A stretch of DNA of 64,000 bases, from contig MU058423.1 in NCBI GenBank assembly GCA_013265495.1, positions 1,625,061 through 1,689,060 of the forward strand, given 5' to 3'. The stretch comes from Vicugna vicugna. Its lineage: Eukaryota. This document shows, one piece after another, positions 50,730-64,000 of the stretch. The position numbers were made by a program, and so were the translations under genes. Position 1 is the stretch's first letter. Every line of letters starts with the position of its first letter. Below the pieces are notes generated by a model that saw nothing but the letters and a program-made list of their open reading frames with translations, was not told the DNA's origin and did no database searches.

Positions 50730-50970
50730 TAATAGTACTTATCACTTAGTGAGTAGCAAATGTGTTCCAGGCTCCATTCTAAGTTCCATAGACTAACTCA
50801 GAAAATCCTCATAATAATCCTATGAGGAAGGTGTCGTCATTCATCCCATTTTACAGATAGGTTAAGTCAAACCTACGCAAGCCCACAAAGCTGGTAAGTG
50901 GTGGAGCTGAGCCTTCAACTCAGGCAGGCTGACTCAGAGACCATGGCTGCTAACCACTACACTGACCTGC
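50730..50970 (-). mobile_element. MIR
   Basis: aatcctcataataatcctatgaggaagg...cccattttacagat...gtaagtggtggagctgag...taaccactacact. Confidence 0.8.
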
Positions 50971-51624
50971 TTTCGAAAGATGTCTGCTAATCCAACCAGC
51001 AGCCTAGGGAGCTACCAGATGGTGGAGGAGCATTTGCACACAGCAACGGCAGCGAGGGCCTTCCATTATTTTCTAACAAGAATGGTGAGGGCATTAAAAA
51101 AGAAAGGTACAGACGGTCCCCCTTCCAGTGCTGGGTTCCACATGGTCGGGCAAACACAGCTCATGCCCTCAACCAGTTTCAGGAAGGAGAGGGGACAGTG
51201 CTAGGGGGCAGCTGCATGTTGGGGCTTTGAAGCTGGGTATCAGGCCTAGGCCACTTGGACTGCTGCTCACAAGATGACAAGTCAGGAGATGGGAGTGGAT
51301 CAATTTGAAAATAAACTGGCAGTATTCAACTGACCACCCAAACTCGGGCGCATGGGAGTAGCTCTGTAAATGTTTATTGAACTAATGAATAATTTCATGA
51401 AGTAGACTCCAGTCAAAAGTGCAGATGGCAGGTGACATTTGGCAGGGCAGCCAGGGCACCCATTAACTCCCTGTTTTCCTAGATTTTCTCTCTTATCTCC
51501 TTACCCCCTTTAATTTTTTTTCATGCCCTTGCTATCATCTCATTTTGTACATGTATATTTTAAATATGTTTGTCTTACCCAACTAGAGCAAAAGCTTCAT
51601 GGAAGTGGACCTGGACTTTGCTTT

Positions 51625-51923
51625 ATGGTTTTTTGTGTGTTTTTAAAAAATTTTTATTGAAGTGTGGTTGATTTACAATGTTAGTTTCAGGTGTACAGCA
51701 AAGCGATTCAGTTATATATATACATACATATATATTTTCTTTTCAGATTCTTTTCCATTATAGGTGATTACAAGAAATTGAATATAGTTCCCTGCGCTAT
51801 ACAGTAGATCCTTGATTTTTTTTAAATCTATTTTATATATAGTAATGTGTGTCTGTTAATCCCCAACCTCTAATTTATCCCTCCCCGCCCTTTCTCCTTT
51901 GGTAACCATAGTTTGTTTTCTAT
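51625..51923 (-). mobile_element. Young L1 3' stub inserted in an L2 3' end (about 51500-52015)
   Basis: tttttattgaagtgtggttgatttacaatgtt...tttggtaaccatagtttgttttcta. TSD tggactttgcttt 51612-51624 / tggactttgtttt 51924-51936. Confidence 0.9.
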
Positions 51924-52849
51924 TGGACTTTGTTTTTTTCTTTTTTTCTTCACTCAGCACTTTTAACAGTGACTGGAACATAGAGGAAGGACCCACAGTA
52001 ATCGACTGAATGAGAAAGGTATTTAAATCAATCATCTCATTCACTCCTCACAATTTTGCCAGGTAGTTAGAAATGGACTTAGCATAGGGCCCATTTTATA
52101 GATGTTGAATCTAATGTTCGAAAAGGTTAAGTGTACCGAAGCTCACACAGGTACATTGGGACTCAAGCTTAGTTCTTCTGAGAACTTATCTGGTGCTTAC
52201 TCACTACAGCAGGCTGTCTCCCTAATGGCTTCACTGAGTTATTATTTAATAATTCGATTGTGAGTCAATAAAAGAGAGAGCCAAACAAAGAATGTCTCTG
52301 TATTACCTTCTGAATTGCGGCTGAGGACATTATATTCTAATAATCAGAGTCCTTTATATTCAGACTCCATGGGAATTTAGTGCTAAGGAAATTCTGGGTC
52401 TCCTAAAAACTGCTGTTCCCTTTATTAGACAGAATCTTATAAATTCTGGGATTTCGTTTCTGTCTTGGCTGTCAGAAAGCCTAGAATTGAATTAGTGCTT
52501 AATTATAGTAATAGTCTAATTTCTGGTCCAATTATGATCCTCTCCTCCTATACATGATTTCTGATCTTTATTTTCATTTTAACCAATTATGTATATGGAT
52601 GCACAATGTTGCTTATTAGCTATAGCAAATCCTTTTTAGAAATGGCTCTGATTGAAAATATAGAAAATAAGCAATAACTAGCATCAATCAAATGCTTGCC
52701 ATAGGCCGGGGGCCATTTTTTGCACTTTATATGTATTAACTCCTTTCATCATCCAAAAATTGAACTTTTATATTGCCAGAGAAACCATCTGTTACAATAA
52801 GGTATAATGAAATTAACATTCTGAATTATGAAAAAGTATGGCATGCCTT

Positions 52850-53562
52850 CACCTGGCTTCCTCTGCCAACCCCCCGGTTCCAGCCTCCATCACCTCCCAC
52901 TTCCATTATTTCAATATTCTGCTCATTAGACTCCCTGCTTCCACCGTTGCCCCTTCAGTCTACTCTTCAATGAGTGGCTGGAATTAATCCTGTGAAAATG
53001 AGGGTCAGATCATGGTACCCTCTGCTCAAAACCCTCAGTGACTTCCCATCTCAGAGTAAATGTCAAGGTCCTTTCAAGGACCCGCAAAGGCCTACAAGAT
53101 CCGGCCCTGTGTTTCTCTGGCCTCTGGTGCTCTCCCTTCCCTCACTCTGAGCCGAGAACATACTGCCCTTCCACAGACATTCCAGGCAGCGTTTCACCTT
53201 AGGGCTTCGCATTTGCCTGTTCCTGAAGCTTGGACTGTTCTTTTGGGGATATCTGCATGGCTTGTTCCCTTGTCACCTTCAGGGGTCAAATGTCACCTTC
53301 TGAGGGAGGCTTCCCCTGATCACCTGCCATCCCCTCCCTCAAAAAATTCCTGTGCCTCCTCTTGTTCTATTTTTCTCCTGAGCACATTTAACTAATATAC
53401 TGTTTACTTTTACTTATTTATAGTTTATATTGACTATCTTACAGTGCAGACTCTCCGAAAGAAGGTATTTTTGTCCATCTTGCCCTTTGCTACGTCCCAA
53501 TTGATCAGACTGATGTTTGGCGTATAATACGTGCCCAGTAAATATTTTCTGAATTAATGAAT
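52850..53562 (+). mobile_element. L2a 3' region
   Basis: gtcagatcatggtaccctctgctcaaaaccctcagtgacttcccatctca, tcaaatgtcaccttctgagggaggcttcccctgatcacc, ending agtaaatattttctgaattaatgaa. Confidence 0.85.
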
Positions 53563-56500
53563 CAAAGTTAGAGGAGGAGGCATATATTGCTACAAGTATA
53601 CCATATTTTGAAAATACACAAAATATACAAGACTAAAATATTCACTGTAATCATTAAACTGTTTTTCAAACTCCTTCTTTCCGTCCACATACTAACACAA
53701 TCAGGTAAACTGAGTTATCATTGACCAGTTAGATAGAATGTGACTGTCTCTGCAATTTAGGGATGTGAATTTTTCAGATATCCAGGGCATCTTGCCTGGC
53801 CGAGCTGAAGTCCCAACATTGCCACTATGGAGAGCTCCTCTCTCCCCAGTACCACCTTCTTCCAAGATCTTTTTCATTCATCAGCATCCACGGGAACTTT
53901 ACAACTCAGAAAGGTGAGATAATAGGATTTGGAGGGATGGGAGCTAGGAGCAAAGGAGGAGTAAGAAGAGGATAGTGATAAAGACAGGGACCAAGTCTCT
54001 GTGTTCTTTACGATAATTCCAGTTTACGGAAGTGCCAGGCACATAACGGGCAATCAGTAAAGACTAGCTCATTGTGTTATTCACATGTCCCCTTGATCTG
54101 ATTTAGGGTTAGAAAGATGAACACCTGAAGTCAGAATTTTTTTATTGAGAGTCTTTTGAGATTCTGGGCAGCACAGTCTCTCCACCTTTGCCTGGCAGCT
54201 TTGGAAGCTGTAAGAGGCAGCACTCTGGGATGACACTGACCTCTAAGGAGGAGCAGCAGCAGCAGCGATGCTTCTTCAAGGGGCTTTTGGGCAAATATCA
54301 GGCACCTCACAGTGGCTGCAGCTAACAGACTGGGTTGAGGGGCACATAGGCGACACTTATTTGGAAACTCCCAGAAATAATGGGGACACTTTGAGTGAGT
54401 GTGTAACTCCATCAATGGGCTCAGTGGGCTCGCAAGGCTAGGTTTGAGTTTCCTGTGACACGACAGAATTTCGATAGGGAAGGAGTTTTACAATCATCTC
54501 AACTAACTAGTCATTTCATTTGGAATTTTCTTTCATCTTCACAAAGAACAAAAACACATAAGTACAGCATAATTTAGTCTCCCCTTTTCTCTCATATGTG
54601 TGTCTCTGAGTTTACCTAGATTGTTGTAAATCCATCTTATACCACCACCACCCTCCCCACTCCACTGCACACCTATCAACAGTGAGAGCTGCCCTCTCTC
54701 AAACTTTGTGGCTCTTTCTGGAGGTGAGAGCTTTTGTTTCTCTCCACTTAGCATGCACCTCGCTGTTGACACTCCTGCCAAGTATCTTCTTGCAGTTTTA
54801 ATTGCTAGTCTTGGTATGGGGCGGCTCTCCTTCTCCTTTAGAGGAAAAAAAGTATTCATTTAATTTCTAACACAATTAAACCATGAGCTCATGAGCTCAT
54901 GCTCTGTGGGCCAGAGCGATGGGCTCCGGAGACATAAGCAGAATAGAAATTGCCAACATTAACATAATTCTCTCTTCCCCATCCAGGGATGACTAACATG
55001 GGATGAGATTATGTTTGTGCTCCAGTAGTTTTTTTCAATTATTTAATCAGCAGGTACAAATCCAAAAAACACGCTTCTGAAAATGTTGAGGACTTGCTGG
55101 TGTTTTGAGGGGAACAGCAGGGCAATAACTCAGGAGGGTCAGGGGAGTCCTCTAAGTGCTGCATAGTGATTCTGATACTGACTTTTCCCAATTCCCTGAC
55201 TCTGGGAGGGGCTGCATTCAGCTTTAAAGAGTTACGTGGATGATAAACTGGCCTTAGAGCCTGCCGATCAGAGTAGCTTTGCTTTGCTCCTCGTAGAAAT
55301 AAGGGAACCCTCATTAAGCCTCAGTTTGGGGCAGCAAAATGGCAATTGGTTAGAATGGCAGCTATGAGGGACAGAGGAGCACTGAGCCAAGAGCCAAGGG
55401 ATGGGGGCAGTTTAGGTGCTTGCTAACTGTAAGAACCTGGGCCAGTTCTCTGGTCTTCAGTATCTTTTTCTGTGAAACAAAATGGCTATGCCAGAGCATC
55501 TCAAAGATCCCGGTGGTCTCGATTCTCTCGGAGTGTGAGCATTGCTGGCCAGCACTTAGACACTTGCAGGTGCTTGCACCTTTCTCTTTCTCCAGCCTGT
55601 CCCTGCGTCCTGTCATGTAAGGCATTCACACTAGGAAAATGTTTCTTTGAGTTCATTACCAGGGCCGCTTCTTGGGATTTCTTGAGTCTGAGAGATCTGA
55701 GAGCCAGGGCTCTGATGAAGATTAGTGATAGGGAAAGAGATATGCAACTTGGTGGACAGGAAGAGAGATGGGTGTTCTGGGGGGCATCAGGCAGAAGTAG
55801 AGACATCTGGATTTGGCAGAATGGGCAAAACGATAAGAAAGAAAAACAATAACCCAGCCTTCAATAGGAGGATGAAAATAGAATGGGATGCCAAAATTTC
55901 CCCAGGGCACTGAAGATGGGCCAATGAACTAAAGAAAGGGAATGGCTCCTGAACGGAACCGTTTAATGCTACAGAGCTGTGACCAGGTCCGTGGGGCATG
56001 TGAAGACTCCTTTGCCACTTCCCGCAGCTGACTACAAAGGCTTTTGGATCTTTCCCTCTCCCTCTCCTCCTCACAAGCACACACACACAGCAGTGATTAG
56101 GTGTGTCCTTGAAACCACTGCATGCAGTTTTACACTGGATAGTGTGGGAAAGGTGTGCTCACAGAGAAGAAAAAAATATGAGCTGTATAGTATTTAATGG
56201 TGAAATCTCCCCACATTTTACTATTGGGTAATAAGAATAAAAAGCAAAGCAATGGTAGAACATATTATAGAAATTCAACATCTATTTGAATAATGGAGGA
56301 GGGAATTCGTGAGCTAATTAATTAAGTTAATAAGGGAATTAAATCTCATCTATTTATGAGGGTGGGTTCTGTCCTGTTGTGGGGCAGGTACCCAGTTCTT
56401 TCTCTAACTGCTTATTTTACTATTTTTTTCTAGGACATCTCTGTAAATTCAGTTTTCTGTGAATAAATCAAATAAGTGCATCTCAAATGTTTACACCTTC

Positions 56501-58019
56501 CTTCATAAGGAAGAGGACAGCTTGGAAAAGTACTGCCTAAAGGCTATTTCATTCTGTGTTGCCACCAGCCAGTCTGAAATGCTGAGAAACAAATGTTCTC
56601 AATCATTTTGTATAGTTTAGTAGGCTCATTTTCTCACAGCTGTGTGAGATAAAAACAAGTAGCTGATTTTTTCCTGAGTAAACCAAATTCCAATTGCAGA
56701 GCCTAGACCAGAAAAGAATCCACTTAAATGCACATATTCTCATTTAGTATTCTTTGACATGCACAAATGAAAGACAACATTCCATCATTTTGTCTTGCTT
56801 TCTCCCCCAGTAACCAAGACGAGAATCTATCAGTGCGTATATAAATGATTCCCATATAAAATTATGGCAGTGTATTGCTGAGTAGGGTGCTTTAAGTAAG
56901 CCACGAAATGCAGAAACCAAAGTTCTCCTAACTACATTAACTTCTCTTCTTGCATAAACGTTTCCCACTCTGAGCCTCATCCTCACAGGTTCCTGTGTTT
57001 CATTTCCTGAATGTCTAGGGATGACTCTGAGAACACAGTGTCTTGAAGCAGAAGTGGTAGTTGTGCCCTCTTGAGGGTATAGAATTTAGACCATCAGGAG
57101 GAAGTAGGCAGAAGTCAAAGCCAACTCCTTCTGTAGATTATACACACCAAGTCAGAGAGATTCAATGTAGGTGTCCCAGAAGAAAGCAATGGATGTCCAT
57201 GCCCAGATCATTCCAGTAATGCATCTGGGGATCCTAAGCTGGTCTACAAACAATAATGGACACCAAAACATCCTTAGAAAGGTAGTAAGATGGAGGAAAA
57301 TTTTATTTGCAGAATTTTAACATCCTGTGAAGTCCTTTGAGGTTGAGGGACTGACTCTTAAGAGTTGTACTCAAGTTCACTAGCTTCCTTCTAAGGGGCG
57401 AGTCCATTTAACTGTAAGTTTTTTGTTCTGCAAGAAGGATGAGCCCTTTTAGGCCAAAGCTGAATTGTTCAGGACAATTGAGAATCCGTGCTATCTGCCA
57501 CCAGCTGTCTTCTTTTTCTGCCTTTCTCCATGGAGCATTCATCTTCTCCTCTAAATAATTGGTAAGCAAATATTTAATAAATATGTGTTTGAAGAATAGC
57601 CATATTACTAGCCAGCAGTCTGGTTGGCCCCAGGAATGCCTCAAGGCAGGAAGTTTTTTAGATCTAGTCTCCCTCCTGACCTCCTATTCAACACCTTCCC
57701 CTGTAGTGGATCTCTGTGGTTCTAGGTGTTCATGACGGCTCACACATGTCCCCTCTTTTCGGTTTGGCAATCTTGATCCAGTCAGTCTATGATAAGACAC
57801 ATCTGAAAACTCCATAAGATGCTACAACATGGCCCCCAGGCTCTGTGCTCAAATCTTTGGCCCCCAAAATGCTCTGAGTTGATCTCTAAACACCATATTC
57901 CATTTAAGCAGGAAAATCAGACGGCAGGGTTCACAGCAGAAGATGAAAGAATGGAAATCAGGAAACCAGATTTCTAGTTCTAGTTAAGTCATGAATTAGC
58001 TAAGTGGCTTTAGTGACCA

Positions 58020-58357
58020 TGTCAGAGTAGTGCTAGCCTAACACTGTGGGCTCTTCCACCTTCCCCAGCCCTGCTTGAGTTTGGTTAGGACCACATGATT
58101 AAGCATTCGCCAATCAAATGCGAACAGAAGTGGCCTATGTCACCTCCAGGCTGAGGTAGTTAAGAACCAGTGTGTATCCTCAGTCTCTCTCTGTTATGAT
58201 CTTGGAAACCTCATGTTTCAGATGGCATAGCTACAAGATGGAGAAAGAAAGACCACTGAGTCACATCTAACTGTGACATGAAAAATAAACTTTTATTGTG
58301 TTAAGTCACTGATATATTATAGTTTGTCTGTTGCAGCCAACATTGGTCACTAACACA
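58020..58357 (+). mobile_element. MaLR LTR (MLT1I/J-like)
   Basis: gaacagaagtggcctatgtcacctccaggctgagg, aaataaacttttattgtgttaagtcactga, ending ctaacaca. Confidence 0.8.
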
Positions 58358-58709
58358 GACAGCGTTTCTGTGACCCAGCTTTCTTCTCCACTCCCGATAT
58401 ATTGAACTACATTAAAAGAATGTAAAATGAAATCCCTGAGTTGAAATTGCTTCAAAATAGTAAGTTATTATTACATAAGTAAACTTGTCATCTCTTGGGT
58501 GTAGGGGCCACTCAATACAAATGGCATTAATTAAATATGAGGTGGGCTCGTCACTGTTGAAGTGTCTCCAATGCGACTGTGATGGGGCTGCAAGGGCGTC
58601 TTCTTTCTTTTGAGAACCCCAACAAACCGATTCAGAATAGTCCTGATGGAGAGTGAATAGTGATCTTTTCAAACTGTCTTAAAGCAACTGCTTGGAAATG
58701 TAACTGTGG

Positions 58710-59045
58710 GATTTGAAGTTAGACAAAATTTTAGAGGCCATCTAATTCAATGACACATATGGTAATTTTAATTCTTTCAGAGATGGAGGACCTATTTTCC
58801 CAATAGAAATTCCACCCCTTAGTGTAGCTATTAAAAAAATTCCCTTCTTTTACTTGATTTAAATAATTCTCCTGTATCTTCCATTTATTGTTTAGGTGCT
58901 TAATGTTTGGGACAATGCAGTTAGCCTATTTCTTTTCCACATGGTAGTTTTTCAATACTTGAAGACAATTATTAACTCCCCTTTTAGACTAGTGTTTTGC
59001 ATGTTAAACCCACTTGATTTTTTCTACAAGTCTTCATGTAACGTT
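58710..59045 (-). mobile_element. CR1/L3 3' fragment
   Basis: ttagaggccatctaattcaa, cttttccacatggtagtttttcaatacttgaagacaattattaactcccc, gttaaacccacttgatt. Confidence 0.65.
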
Positions 59046-59079
59046 TTATTTTATTTCCTGAATTTGTCTTGCACTACTC

Positions 59080-59320
59080 TTTCCCAAGAAAATTTAAGGA
59101 GGTGCACAAAAGAATGAAGCAAACATACCAATCCAAACAGGTGCTGGATTTGAAAATTAAATATGACTCTGGGTTTCCTGGCAGCCAAGACAAAAAGGGA
59201 AATAGGATGAGTTTACATAGCTCAATATTCAATTACATATTCTCAATATTAGAAACAGAATGCTTAGAAAGCGTTTGTTTCTAGACTCGTCACCATTTTC
59301 ATTGTCTTTCTCTAAAAGCA
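59080..59320 (-). mobile_element. Possible L4 (RTE-X) fragment
   Basis: ctctgggtttcctggcagccaagacaaaaagggaaa is a motif I recall from the L4 consensus. Confidence 0.45.
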
Positions 59321-59479
59321 TTCTAGCTTACCATTATCTCCCTTAAACTGCCATAAACAAAAACTAACATAATCCTTCAGATGTAGTGTGTCTAGAATAG
59401 GCTTATGAAAGAGTAAGTTGGCCTTAAATAAAAAGCTATTTCTTGAATATTTTTTGTGGACTAAGAATATACAAAATTC

Positions 59480-59630
59480 TTTGTAAGTATTGAAATTCTC
59501 ACAACAGCTCTGAAAAGTAGGCATAAGTACTGCCATTTTACAAATGAGTAAACTATGAAATTAAGTAACTTACCTAAGGTCACAATTATTTCAAATTCAC
59601 GTCCATCTGTATCCAAAGCTTACATCCTTT
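59480..59630 (-). mobile_element. MIR
   Basis: aattctcacaacagctctgaaaagtagg...ccattttacaaatgagtaaact...taagtaacttacctaaggtcaca. Confidence 0.75.
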
Positions 59631-60109
59631 TCATGAGTCAACAAGTTCTCAACTGAAAGGATTAGATCATTTCTAAAGGTGCCTCACTAAATACTACAGA
59701 CGTGTTGAGTCAGAGGGAGAATATGGTTGAATGTTTTGGATCTGACATTTTCTTAAAAACCAACAGTGGTAGCTGTTTTCATCTTCTTCCTGCATCTTAA
59801 GGAATCACAGAAGCACATGTGAGTTGGGGGTGGTTTTGTTTTGTACAATTCAGCAGTTACTCATTTTGGGGGGAAACACTCAATGCAAACTGAATTTGGA
59901 TCCATCAGGCTTTGTCAAACACAGGTGCTTATGTGCTGATTCAAGTTTGGGTTGGCAGAGTAATGTTGAATATGGAGGTTTACATCTTGAAAAGGCATGG
60001 AAAATGTGCAGCAGGGGAATGGGAAATTTTCTCCCTATTGACTAGAGGACTCTCAAATCAAGCCTTTTCTTTCCATTCTCTTCATTCTCAGGGCCGCTGA
60101 CTTAAACCA

Positions 60110-60765
60110 AACACTTACTACCCCTCATTTTTAACACTGGAATAGCTTCTCAACTATCTCCTGCTGCCAGCCTCTCCCCACAAGCTGCTCATCCTCTATA
60201 TAGTGACCAGAATTTTGTCTTTGAAAATAGATCTATTATGTCACTTTCTGGTTTGTAAATATATGTCAATTTCCATCGCCCAAAAGATCGAATTAAAAAT
60301 CTACCATGGCATACAAGATTCTGTACTACCTGGTATTAAGTTGCAATGGGTCGCTCCAGTCCCATTTCCCTTCCTTTCTTCCTTACCCCCGTGCCCTAGC
60401 CACACTGAAATTCCAGCATTCCCACTGTGGTTTTTCACTACTCTGTGTCTCTGTATAAGCTGATCACTCTGCCTAGAAATGCCCTTCTCCCATCCCTCTA
60501 CACCTGGAAAACTTCTACTCATCCTTAAGACCAAGTTTAATACTTGCCTCCTCTATTAAGCCTTCCAGACTTTCCCATTCAAAACGCTCCCTTGAGGCTC
60601 TGGGTTCTCTTAGTCTCATCTCCATTAAATCACTTATGATTTGTTTTACGTTTCATTTTTTCTTACCTGACTCTTTAGGGCAGTAGTTATATATCATTCA
60701 AGTATGTATCTTCAAAGTCTGGCACAGAGAAAGTCCTCAATGAAGTCAATAAACATTGAATGAAT
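60110..60765 (+). mobile_element. L2 3' region
   Basis: gtgaccagaattttgtctttgaaaatagatctattatgtcact, ctctgcctagaaatgcccttc, aacttctactcatccttaagacc, ending ataaacattgaatgaatg. Confidence 0.75.
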
Positions 60766-61069
60766 GCCCCCATCACAGCAGTTAAATTGTGTACACAACC
60801 CCAGGAGTCAACAGCTATGAACACCAAAAATGAAATTAGGATTATCTCCTGTGAGTAGAGTCAGTAGAGAACAAGCAGTAATGGATGGTAGCCACCATTT
60901 ATAAAAATAACACAACGCCAAAATCTGTATTTGAAGACCACTCAAAATATAGTTATGATGACCCAGATATAACATCAGAGAGACCTGGATTGCGGCTTCT
61001 ATAATAATGTTTGAATTTTCTTATAATAAAATTAATATATATTCATATGATAAAATCCTTAAAAATAGA

Positions 61070-61460
61070 TAACTAAAAAAGGAAATAAAATCATTCATAA
61101 TCCAATTATCCAGAGAAAATTATCTTAACATTTTATGTATCTTTTTTCATAAACACAATAATTTGTATGTATTGTTTTGAAGCATGCTTTTTCACTTAAC
61201 AATATATTGTGACTTTAATGTAATTAAATTATATTCTAAACCATGACTATATATCATCCCACTGTGTGTGTACATATATAATAATGAACATACTGAACAT
61301 GAGGCTTGCTCCTTATTTTTCATAGTAGTAGTGGTGCCAAGAAATATCCTTGTAGCTACTGACACTTCATGCTAGAAGGTCTCCAGAAAGATTATGCTAA
61401 TTTCCCAGCAATGAGCCAAGTATAACAATGTATGTATCTCTAAAATGTTTGCTAACTATG
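61070..61460 (-). mobile_element. Old L1ME/MC fragment
   Basis: cataatccaattatccagagaaaattatcttaacatttt, tgctttttcacttaacaatatattgtg, ctccagaaagattatgctaattt. Confidence 0.6.
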
Positions 61461-63134
61461 AGCATTTGGACTGGATTTTAACTAGAAAAGGAAAAAGCTA
61501 ACCAATTATTTGTATTTTTTATCTAAAAAAGAATGTATTTTCAGGATGGTAGCAGGGGTAAAGGCACCAGTAAAGGGGGTGGCCAGAGATCAAACCTGAT
61601 GGTACATCTGAGCTCATGAACAGGAATATTCTGTTTATACAACAGGTACCTTCTTCTGATGGAGGTGGATGCCTCAGGTGCATGGTGTTTGATGGCCCTG
61701 ACTCTCAGGGTCATCTCATCACCACATTTGCCTCAGGGTCCCTGCTCCCCTGGCCATATTCAGCCTGCAGGGAAGGCATGGCAAGAACCTGATGCTCACC
61801 TGCAGTTCTCACTGTCAGTTGCCACTCGGATCCATACATGTATCAGGCACTTGTGATAATCATGTTAACGTGGGTCCATCTCCAGAAACTTATCATCTTT
61901 GGCAAAAATTTTCCAAGACCAAAAGAAAGGTCAGCCCCCAGACTGTGGCTTCCAAATTTGCCAGCCAGCAGTATCGTCTGACCTAGTGTTTGTTTGAATG
62001 TGAGGTTCTAAGACCTATCTTTGGAAACTTTGATTTAGGAGGTCTAGGATGGGCCTTGGGAATCACTAGTTCCTGAGTCTCCACAGCTAATTAAATATAA
62101 GCCAAAGGCTGAGAGCCATGGGCCTAGACTGCGATAGCCCAACCAGAGTCCGTGGTGGCCATCCAACAGGGATAGGGCTGGCTGAGAGAGCAGCTGACCT
62201 TCTCCAAAGGATTCTAAATAAAGCCCTTTGTTTCCCTCTCTGTCATCCTCAAGTGGCAATAGATGAAATCAAGAATAGCAATAATTATATGAAGTTCTTA
62301 CTGTGTCCTGTGCACTTTTCCAACATTAGCCCATTCTATTCTCACACCTTCTTTGTGAATCCTAAGGCTCAGTTTCCCCATCTCTAAAATGGAGCTAGCA
62401 ACCTCCATGTCAAGCATTTACAAACTATTTCCTTACAAAGTTCTTTACAAAACACTTACAAAAAGTTCCTGTCCTTTGGGTGACATAACTAATATGAGTG
62501 GTGATATTATTTTAAGCAGAGCTTTAATTGTTATCATAACTCTCGGTATGAGAAGCAACATAAAGGGTATGCGATGGGAAACGACTCTAGCAGAACTTTT
62601 TCCAAACGGGCCAGAATTAGATGTGGAGCTTATAAAGCAGCAGTGTAGCAACACTGGGGAAAATGTGGTGATGAAACCTCTTGTTGGAGGAGAAGAAAAT
62701 CCTAGCTGTCTATAACCTTTTCATTTTCTCTGTTTTGACTCCTCCATCTCCTGGGTGCCCTAAGAAAGCTGCTATTACTGTAACTCCTGGCTGCTTCTCT
62801 AAAGGGTGGAGCCATGGCATCCTCTCTGAGGGTGGGACTTGGTTGGAGAATCTCCAAACTCAACCAAAGCCAGATGTACTCTGCTGAGAATGGGAAAGGC
62901 CCAGTCAAAGTGCAATGCCCAGGCGCAGCTCCAACTCCAAGCCAAGCTGTTCAGATCACCAGCGATGAAGACAGAAAACTCAGAATAAATCCCTAGATTA
63001 TGTCTTGATCAGGAAAGCAGCCCTTGGACCCTTAGAGTTCAAAAATAAAATTGAAAAAAAAGGTGTTAGGCAGCCCTTCGGTGATGAAAGAGAAGCAACG
63101 TGTATCACTTTGGATCCACAGAGCAGACCTAACT

Positions 63135-63608
63135 TTTTTTTGGAGGGGGGAGGGTTTGCAGAGCCAGCTGAGGCTTTATTCTGAAAAAGACACTCAAGTT
63201 GGCTTTCTGCTAGGGGTATGGGCAAGAGAGGGAAGTCCAGGCAGTCAACCCCTACCAGGGGTGGGCTGAGGATTGGGCCTGAGCCTCAGGTCTCCCGTGC
63301 CGATGCTCTTCTGCATGGCTCCTTCTGCAGGAGCCTTTTACTTGGACTGGACGTCAGATGACTCAGACACCAGCTTCCCATTGCAGGTCTCAATCTTCTT
63401 CACAACCACAGCCTTGGCAAAACTGGTGTGGCTGAGAGAGCCGTCCCCACTGGAGCCCAAGCTGGACTGGAAGGAGCTCAGGCTGTAGGAGGTCCTGTAG
63501 AGCGAGGTCAGCCCACCTGAGTAGTCACTGGTGGTCTTGGTATGGATACTCATGTTCTGCATCCCAGACTCCAGCTGGCTCTCCTCGCCCTCCAGCAGCC
63601 TGCGGTAG
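63135..63608 (-). pseudogene. KRT8: Processed, 5'-truncated keratin 8 retrocopy (end of coil 2B, tail domain, 3' UTR, poly-A remnant)
   Basis: Minus frame reads YRRLLEGEESQLESGMQNMSIHTKTTS...KAVVVKKIETCNGKLVSESSDVQSK*, matching the KRT8 C-terminus (YRKLLEGEESRLESGMQNMSIHTKTTS...AVVVKKIETRDGKLVSESSDVLPK). It is continuous across the last exon junctions. AATAAA lies at 63175-63180 (minus), with an A-tract near 63134-63141. Degenerate TSD: agagcagacctaact 63120-63134 / agagcggacctcatt 63609-63623. Confidence 0.95.
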
Positions 63609-64000
63609 AGAGCGGACCTCATTAATCTGCTTTGTTACTATAGCTCAAAGAGCAATCAAATAGTCTGAAAGTGCCATCTCAGACAATTCTTTTGGCTATC
63701 ATATGGCATCTGAAGGAAAGGTCTTCCTTAGCATTAAGGTGGAACTAAGACCACTTCACACATTCCAGTGGGTAGATGGGGGATCCTGGGAGCCTCCCCA
63801 GCACATACCCATATGTTGCAGGAACCAGAGCACCCAGAGCACTTGGGGTGGGGGAATCAACTTACCATCCTGCACAGCATGCTCATCTCCAGGACCAAAT
63901 CAGGACTAATCAGACCAGCCACGTGGAGTCCTTCAGCCTCACCCTCACCTCAGACCTCATTCCTAAGGATCTTAGGAATCTTGGCAGCAAAGGAGTTTCT

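Noticed and set aside
61540..62260. Possible ancient LTR remnant (AATAAA near 62217)
   Set aside because: No termini or family could be recognised with confidence.
63338..63622. Functional KRT8 gene
   Set aside because: Only the last ~90 codons are present. It is intronless, has a poly-A remnant and TSD, and no upstream keratin exons occur in the remaining sequence.
1..64000. Identity of a host or neighbouring gene
   Set aside because: No recognisable exon or CpG-island promoter, so the locus cannot be named from sequence alone.

Overview
Mammalian genomic DNA, most likely a camelid (alpaca/llama/camel). The lineage call rests on a tRNA-Ala-derived Vic-1-type SINE and on young L1 3' ends of cetartiodactyl type. 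The window reads as intergenic or deep-intronic, and I could not identify any functional protein-coding exon, RNA gene or CpG island. It is a mosaic of ancient repeats (L2, MIR, CR1/L3, HAL1, L1M, MLT1, LTR16/33, MER21, MER5/45/58/91) and younger retro-insertions, several with readable target-site duplications (TSDs). The only recognisable protein-derived sequence is a 5'-truncated processed keratin 8 (KRT8) pseudogene at about 63135-63608 on the minus strand. The most interesting signals are footprints of retrotransposition: a 35-bp AATAAA-bearing micro-retrocopy, a tail-only insertion, a twin-primed L1 and L1 stubs truncated at nearly the same point. There is also a MER41-like LTR and several non-repetitive, homeodomain-motif-rich stretches that may be enhancers. 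I found no convincing new biological system. Repeat family names come from recalled consensus features, not a database search, and boundaries of old repeats are approximate.
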